From Phyllosticta citribraziliensis (lineage: Eukaryota), in contig NW_027117349.1 of assembly GCF_038025025.1 (NCBI RefSeq), forward strand, positions 558,001-622,000: a DNA stretch of 64,000 nt, in the 5' to 3' direction. Below, piece after piece: positions 58,601 through 64,000 of this stretch. The notes under the pieces were generated by a model that ran no database searches, had not been told where the DNA came from, and saw only the letters and a program-made list of their open reading frames with translations. Each line of letters opens with the position of its first letter. Position 1 is the stretch's first letter. A program made the translations under genes and the position numbers.

Positions 58601-60817
58601 AGCGCCCGTTATACGTCAAAAAGGCAACCAATGCACAAACCGTACGTAGATGCAGAAACCCCCCTGCTACCAAGCTTTGTGGTTCGGTTGGTAAGGTGTT
58701 GGTCAGCAGTCGCTGGTATCACAGACGGTAGGGCTTGTCTTTTCTGTGGCTGCGTCGCCCGATTGTTATGGATGTGTGAGTTGTGCCTCTTTGCTCACAC
58801 AACCACCACCATCACCACCACTGGCATTGCCACCTGCAGCTCCTCTACCACATTATCGTCCCCAACTGCATTACGATCGCGATCTCAATCCAGATCTTCA
58901 CCGCTCGAGCTCTCTCCAGCGCCTCGTTCAATTCCTCCTTCACCCCCCCCCCCCCCCGCCTCAACCCCCTACGCCCCTTTCTCACCCGTCTCTTGACACG
59001 TACACAACCACCACCACCCCGAAAATCCATTGAAGAGAGACCTTCGATTGGCATCGATCGATCGCCAACGGGACGATCTCAGAAGGAAGACGACCGAAAA
59101 TTCCAGGAAAGGGAGTGCTACCCGTCCTCTCCCCCTCCATTCCTGCGTCTACGTCTGCCTGCAGCTACAGGATGCAGCCGCACCTCCACATGTTGCTCCA
59201 CCTGCGTGCTGCAATCTGATCTTTCATCTACCTGCCTGCCTGCCTACCTAACGACAGGGCCAGGTAGGTGAGTGGGTAGGCAGTGCACAGCACGGCATGG
59301 CCTACTAATCTATCAAGCAGCCATCGAGCCAGCCAGCCAGCCAGCCAAACCCACCTGCAGATGTGAGCGCCTCTGGAGAGCAACAATTGATACCGTAGAT
59401 TGATCGGTCGAATGCTGCGCGTTGTGCATGGCCGGACTGACTGCAAATGAAATGGTGAGGTTGAGATGAGTCGGTGAGTCGGTGAGTCGGTGACGTGCTG
59501 GCTTTGTGCGCTGCACGTTGGTCGGGCGCGTGATGTTGCCTCATCCCTTTTTGGCCGTGGTGGTGACGGTGGACGAGTAAGGTACACACACAGCACTGGC
59601 AGAGTGCGGTTTGAATGGTTGGTTGGTTGGTTGGAAGGATGCGATGGCCATCTGGCTGACGGACTTGCTTCTGATTGCTCAATCTACCTCTTCGGCGACA
59701 TTTTCCGGTGGTGGTGAGTCGTTCTGTCCGTCTGTCTTCTACTTCTTTCATCAGTTTCGTTGGTTTGTCTGTTCCTTGATCAGTCAATTGAATAAGCGCT
59801 TTTTCCATTCCTCTTGATGTACGTCTCCGTCTCTCTCTCCTCGTCTCTCCATCACAGCTCCCGCCGACTTGTTGAACACATCCCATTTTTTCGCTCCGGC
59901 GCGCCTCCCGTCCGGCAGAGAAAGCACTGAGCCGTCTTCATTTTCTCAATTTCTTCTGAGGCCAGAGATGAGGAATAGTGAATGTCAAAGATAAGCATAG
60001 GAGAAGTCTGCTGGCTGTTCCTCTCCTTTCAATGTGCCGTACGACTTCAACTTGCCCTCATTCTGTTTGTTCCTGTCTTTTTGATTCCGACTATTACTTC
60101 CTCCTTCAACCCAAAAACACTACATGTCATGTCACGACCACTGTCACTACTTGGAGATGGCAAGATGAGTCCTGTTCTTGGCAGCTTTCGTGCAGCACTC
60201 GCCTGCCGGGTGGGTGGGACGAGAGAGTGACGAATGTTCGGGCAGGAGATGTCGAGCTTTGTGCGGTATCCCCGGCCGCATCTCACCGTCCGTCCTTTTC
60301 CACCAAGAAACTGACTCATCGACATCAACAACGAGGCAGCAGCATCTGAAAAAGCAAACAATCTCGATTGTAGAAAGTCGATTTGATCGTCTCCGCCCAT
60401 CTCTACGCTCCGCATCATTTTGTGTCTGAAAAAAAGGGAAAACAGAAACAAAACCAGACACCCCCCCAACACACTGCTGATGGTGGACGCCTCATCCCAT
60501 CCATCTGATATCAAACAAGAAAGAGAAAGCCGAGACACCAAAGCCCCCGATCTAAGCAGACCGTTGGCCCCCCGGCTGCTGCGCTCCAGTAGCAAGTAGG
60601 CGCGTTGGAAGAGGAGAGCAACGAAAAAGGAAAATCAGGAGAAGGAATACCAAACTGATCGCCAACGCGCGCACGATCCTGCTGCTTGCCAGTTTGCTCG
60701 CGGACTCCTGAAGAAAGAGAACGACAAAGTTCCAACCAGGCGGTCACCAGTCGAATCGACATCTCTCAAAAAGTGCAACCGCGCGTCCAAGAACCGAGTC
60801 GACGACTGCAGATGATA

Positions 60818-63013
60818 TCACTCGGCGTCCACCATCTCGACATCGCTGTCCCCGTCGGCCTCCTTCTTCGCCTTCTCGTACCCTTCGCTGCGCCGCAGCT
60901 CGGCGACTTTGGCTCTGATGGCGTAATACAAGCACGGCACGCCGGGGTCGACGAGCTTCTTCTGCTCCTCCACCTCCCCATCATCATCCTCCTCATCCCC
61001 ATCATCACCACCAGCCAACCCCCTCGCCCTCGCCCACTCCCCGACGCCGCTCCTCTCGCGCCCAAACACGACCAACCGCGCAAAAGCGCGATCCCACTTC
61101 TTGGCGACGTCGGCGACCCCCGTCCGCATCAGCGCCGTCGCGACGCCGTTGTGCGCCGCGTCGTGCACGAACAGCTGCATGCCGCCGTGCCCGATGTCGA
61201 TGGGCGCCGCCACGGCCAGCTGCGCGTTGCGCCGCGTCTGCACCTTGTTGCTCTTGCTCTGCGTCGTCTTCTTCTTTTTGCTGCTGTTGCTGTTGTAGCT
61301 GTAGCTGCTGCGGTTGTTGCTGCGGTTGTTGCGAGGCACGGGCGTTGGGTGCTCCTGGCAGCGGGCGCGGGCGCGTGCGGCCGTGGTGTAGGCGCTGAGG
61401 TTCCAGGTTTGCGCGTCGAGCACGATGAAGCGCGGGATGGTCGAGGTTGGCGACGGCGCGGTGGTCGTGGTCGTGGTCGTGGTCGTCGTGGTTTTGGTCG
61501 TCGTGGCAGCAGCGGTGGCGGTGGTGGAGCTGCTGCTGTGTTGGGGCGACGCGGCGAACGACGAGTCTGACGACGAGGCCGACGAGGCCGACGCGTCGTA
61601 GCTGGTGAATTTGGCGTTGACGTACTCGTCGTGGCAGCGCTCGAGGTGGGCCAGCTGCTGCTCGTCGATGGAGCTCAGCGTCGAGTCGGACGCGTCGCTT
61701 TTGCTCTTCTTGTGGCCGTTTTTGTTTGCGGCGGTGGTGGTGGCATGCTCGACTGGCTCAGGCGCGGGCTGGCTCTCTTGCTTGATAGTCTGGCACTGTT
61801 GGTTCTCGAGCTCTCCAATGCTCACAGGGCGCAGAAGTCTTACCGCCTCGAGAGCCTTGTCTGGCGTCTCTCCATCATCGATTTCGTTGTCTGAGCCGGT
61901 GAGGTCAACGAACTGGACCTTGCGCCGCTTTTCCTCGTAGACGAGAACGCTTGGCGGGTCCTGTGTTTCGTGGTAGAGGCTGTGGCTGGCCAGTTGTACG
62001 CTCGTATCGCGACCACCGGGGCGCATTCGGAAGCAGACATCGTTGGTGGTGGTGGCGGCGAGGCTATCCGGGTCGTTGTTGTTGTGTCGCTCGGGCTCAG
62101 GAGTCGACTCAACAAATGTAAGGCGTTTGACACCATTCGAGTTGAACCCATCTTCACAGACGACGACGGTCGGCTTGCCAGCTGCGTTGCGGGGCTTGTT
62201 GCCCGCCCGTATCTCGGGACTGCTGTCAGAGCCGCTGTGATAGAAGGATATCATTTTCAAGCTGCCGTTGGAGCTCTGCGAGCTTGTGCTGACGCCGCGC
62301 TTGTGGATCTTGCTCTTCTGGTTTTCGCTTCTTGCGGTGGCGCGGAGGGATTCGTTGCTCGATGTATGACACCGTGTGAGGCGCTTCGGGCCCTTGGCTG
62401 TGATGTTTTTTGGCGAAAAGCTGTCCTGTTTGCTGTTCTTCTTTGGCTCGATGGCCATCGCAGGGTAACCGAGTGTCAACTTTGACAGGTTCGTATCCGA
62501 GGAGCTACTGTTGCCGTCGCTGGTGCTGTCGCTGGTAGACCCAGAAATCAGTGGAGAGTAGCCCTTGAAGCGCGTAGGCACACACTTTTCGATGGGGGTC
62601 GGCATGTCGGATGTGCCATCCAGGCCAAGAGGTTGAGCACGAGTCGACAGGCTGGTGTCAGTGGTGGTCGTCACCAACCTGGCTTTGCTGCGAGTGAAGC
62701 GCTCAAAGGCGATTTCCGGACTGGCCCTGACCCTGACCTTCTTTTTCTGGGTGCTCTTCGTGTCCAACGCCGGTCCAGACTCGACCTTGATCAGGTCAGG
62801 TAGAGTTGCGTCAAACCATTTCTGTGCAATGCCATCGGGGTACTTTTTGAGGACGTGGTTGTAGATTGCGGCCGGGCAAAACTCCTTGGAAATGAGGATC
62901 AGTTTGTCGCGAAGAAGGTCGAGGTCCTTGGAAGTCATCTTGTCGTGTTGTTGAAGGAGGCTCGTTGGTGTGGGAGCGGTGTGGACGGGATGGAGAGAAG
63001 AGAGGATACCCAT
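60818..63013 (-). CDS. Orphan Ser/Thr-rich low-complexity protein
   Basis: 731-codon ORF; short ordered-looking N- and C-terminal segments around a disordered core with a poly-Thr tract; start could be 62938 (MTSKDL). Confidence 0.7.
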   Translation of the reverse strand: MGILSSLHPVHTAPTPTSLLQQHDKMTSKDLDLLRDKLILISKEFCPAAIYNHVLKKYPDGIAQKWFDATLPDLIKVESGPALDTKSTQKKKVRVRASPEIAFERFTRSKARLVTTTTDTSLSTRAQPLGLDGTSDMPTPIEKCVPTRFKGYSPLISGSTSDSTSDGNSSSSDTNLSKLTLGYPAMAIEPKKNSKQDSFSPKNITAKGPKRLTRCHTSSNESLRATARSENQKSKIHKRGVSTSSQSSNGSLKMISFYHSGSDSSPEIRAGNKPRNAAGKPTVVVCEDGFNSNGVKRLTFVESTPEPERHNNNDPDSLAATTTNDVCFRMRPGGRDTSVQLASHSLYHETQDPPSVLVYEEKRRKVQFVDLTGSDNEIDDGETPDKALEAVRLLRPVSIGELENQQCQTIKQESQPAPEPVEHATTTAANKNGHKKSKSDASDSTLSSIDEQQLAHLERCHDEYVNAKFTSYDASASSASSSDSSFAASPQHSSSSTTATAAATTTKTTTTTTTTTTTAPSPTSTIPRFIVLDAQTWNLSAYTTAARARARCQEHPTPVPRNNRSNNRSSYSYNSNSSKKKKTTQSKSNKVQTRRNAQLAVAAPIDIGHGGMQLFVHDAAHNGVATALMRTGVADVAKKWDRAFARLVVFGRERSGVGEWARARGLAGGDDGDEEDDDGEVEEQKKLVDPGVPCLYYAIRAKVAELRRSEGYEKAKKEADGDSDVEMVDAE

Positions 63014-64000
63014 CGAGGTTAAGAGTTGGAGGGTGACGCCTGTCGACTGGGTGGTGGAAGAGGTCGTGTGCGAAAGATGACGCGTCGAAGGTTTGCTGGG
63101 GAGGCAGACAGCAGTAAAGCCAGACCCTGTGAACTGAAGTGAAGGTCACGTGTAGGGGGATTGTGAGTTGAAAAGTTGACGGTATTTTGGGGAAAATCGA
63201 GAGTTGCGACCGCTTTCCGTTCCATTTTCCCTAGGGTCCAGCCCTTTTATGCTTGACGGCCTGGCAACGCGATTACAGCTGCGGTCAATGCCCCCAGTTG
63301 GCAAACCCGAACCTGGGTACAAGATTGATGTGATGACTCCCAAAGAAAACCAAATCTAGTTGTTGAGGGACGCAGCCAACGCGATCACAGCTGACCCCAA
63401 TGCTGTCTGTTGCATGTGCCCAACACGAACCCGGGGGGAAGATTGGTATGATGACGTCCAAAGAGGAGTCAGGATCCAGTCGATGAGGCTGAGTCAACAA
63501 GTAGACGGCAGCATTTTGGCAAACGGTCTGCTAGCGGACCAATCCTGACATATTCCAGACAAAAAATCATTTGCAGTTTTGACTGCATTGCTGAGAGAAT
63601 CCGGGTGGGGATGAAAGCCCACGGAACCACGATCTCTTCAACCATGGGTCAGTCCTAAGCAGCGAATTCAAGGGACTGCCAACCAAACACGCGCTTTCAA
63701 GTGCCGTGGTACTGGCAGTACCAGCAAGATGGAGGCAAGGCGTTGCCCAACACACGTGCTTCATGTCCTGCCATTCATCACGTCAGTGTATTCTGTGCAC
63801 ATTGAAACTCGGCAATAAGAAATTTCTTCCTTCCATTGAACTTTCATTCGTTTATATACAGGTCATGACCAGTTTGCCAGCTCACGAAGCCGACGGAGAG
63901 TGAATGCCCCTGTAGACGGATTCGAACGAAGAGGAAGGGGCAAGGATGCGGCGATAAGAAAGAGGGCAGAGAGCTATCGAGAGTAAGAGACTATCATGGA

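Noticed and set aside
56232..60600. ORFs of 130-280 aa upstream of the ferric reductase
   Set aside because: Cys/Arg/Pro/Ser-rich random-like translations over simple repeats, lacking the codon bias of real genes here.
1..64000. Stop-codon readthrough (TGA CTA) or a secondary-metabolite cluster
   Set aside because: None of the called stops has the TGA CTA context; no PKS/NRPS/terpene or tailoring genes present.

Overview
Eukaryotic DNA from a filamentous ascomycete (Pezizomycotina-type GT..CTRAC..YAG introns, GC-rich codons), so many real genes are split across several ORFs of the track and most long opposite-strand ORFs are antisense shadows. About 17 intact protein-coding genes can be read: the 5' part of a PAS kinase (Psk1-like), a conserved acidic-motif/Zn-finger-like protein, a ~1000 aa hypothetical protein, a mitochondrial P-loop ATPase-like protein, CLU1/TIF31, a multi-pass membrane protein, a Rua1/Meu26-like zinc-finger regulator, TEF1 (EF-1alpha), an SLS1-like mitochondrial regulator, an NT-C2 protein, TAD1, a Nudix hydrolase, an orphan membrane protein with ~41-47 aa repeats, an AT-hook/basic-helix Q-rich protein, a G1 glutamic peptidase, a ferric reductase and a low-complexity orphan. 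The most unusual part is 28.7-31.8 kb: three broken, partly inverted pieces of one orphan gene that together rebuild a single reading frame, one overlap carrying a one-directional RIP-like C>T/G>A signature, interleaved with a dispersed 33-bp-period GAATGCTCC repeat. No RNA genes, CRISPR arrays or recognisable transposase/RT genes were seen. All family assignments are by motif recognition, not database search.
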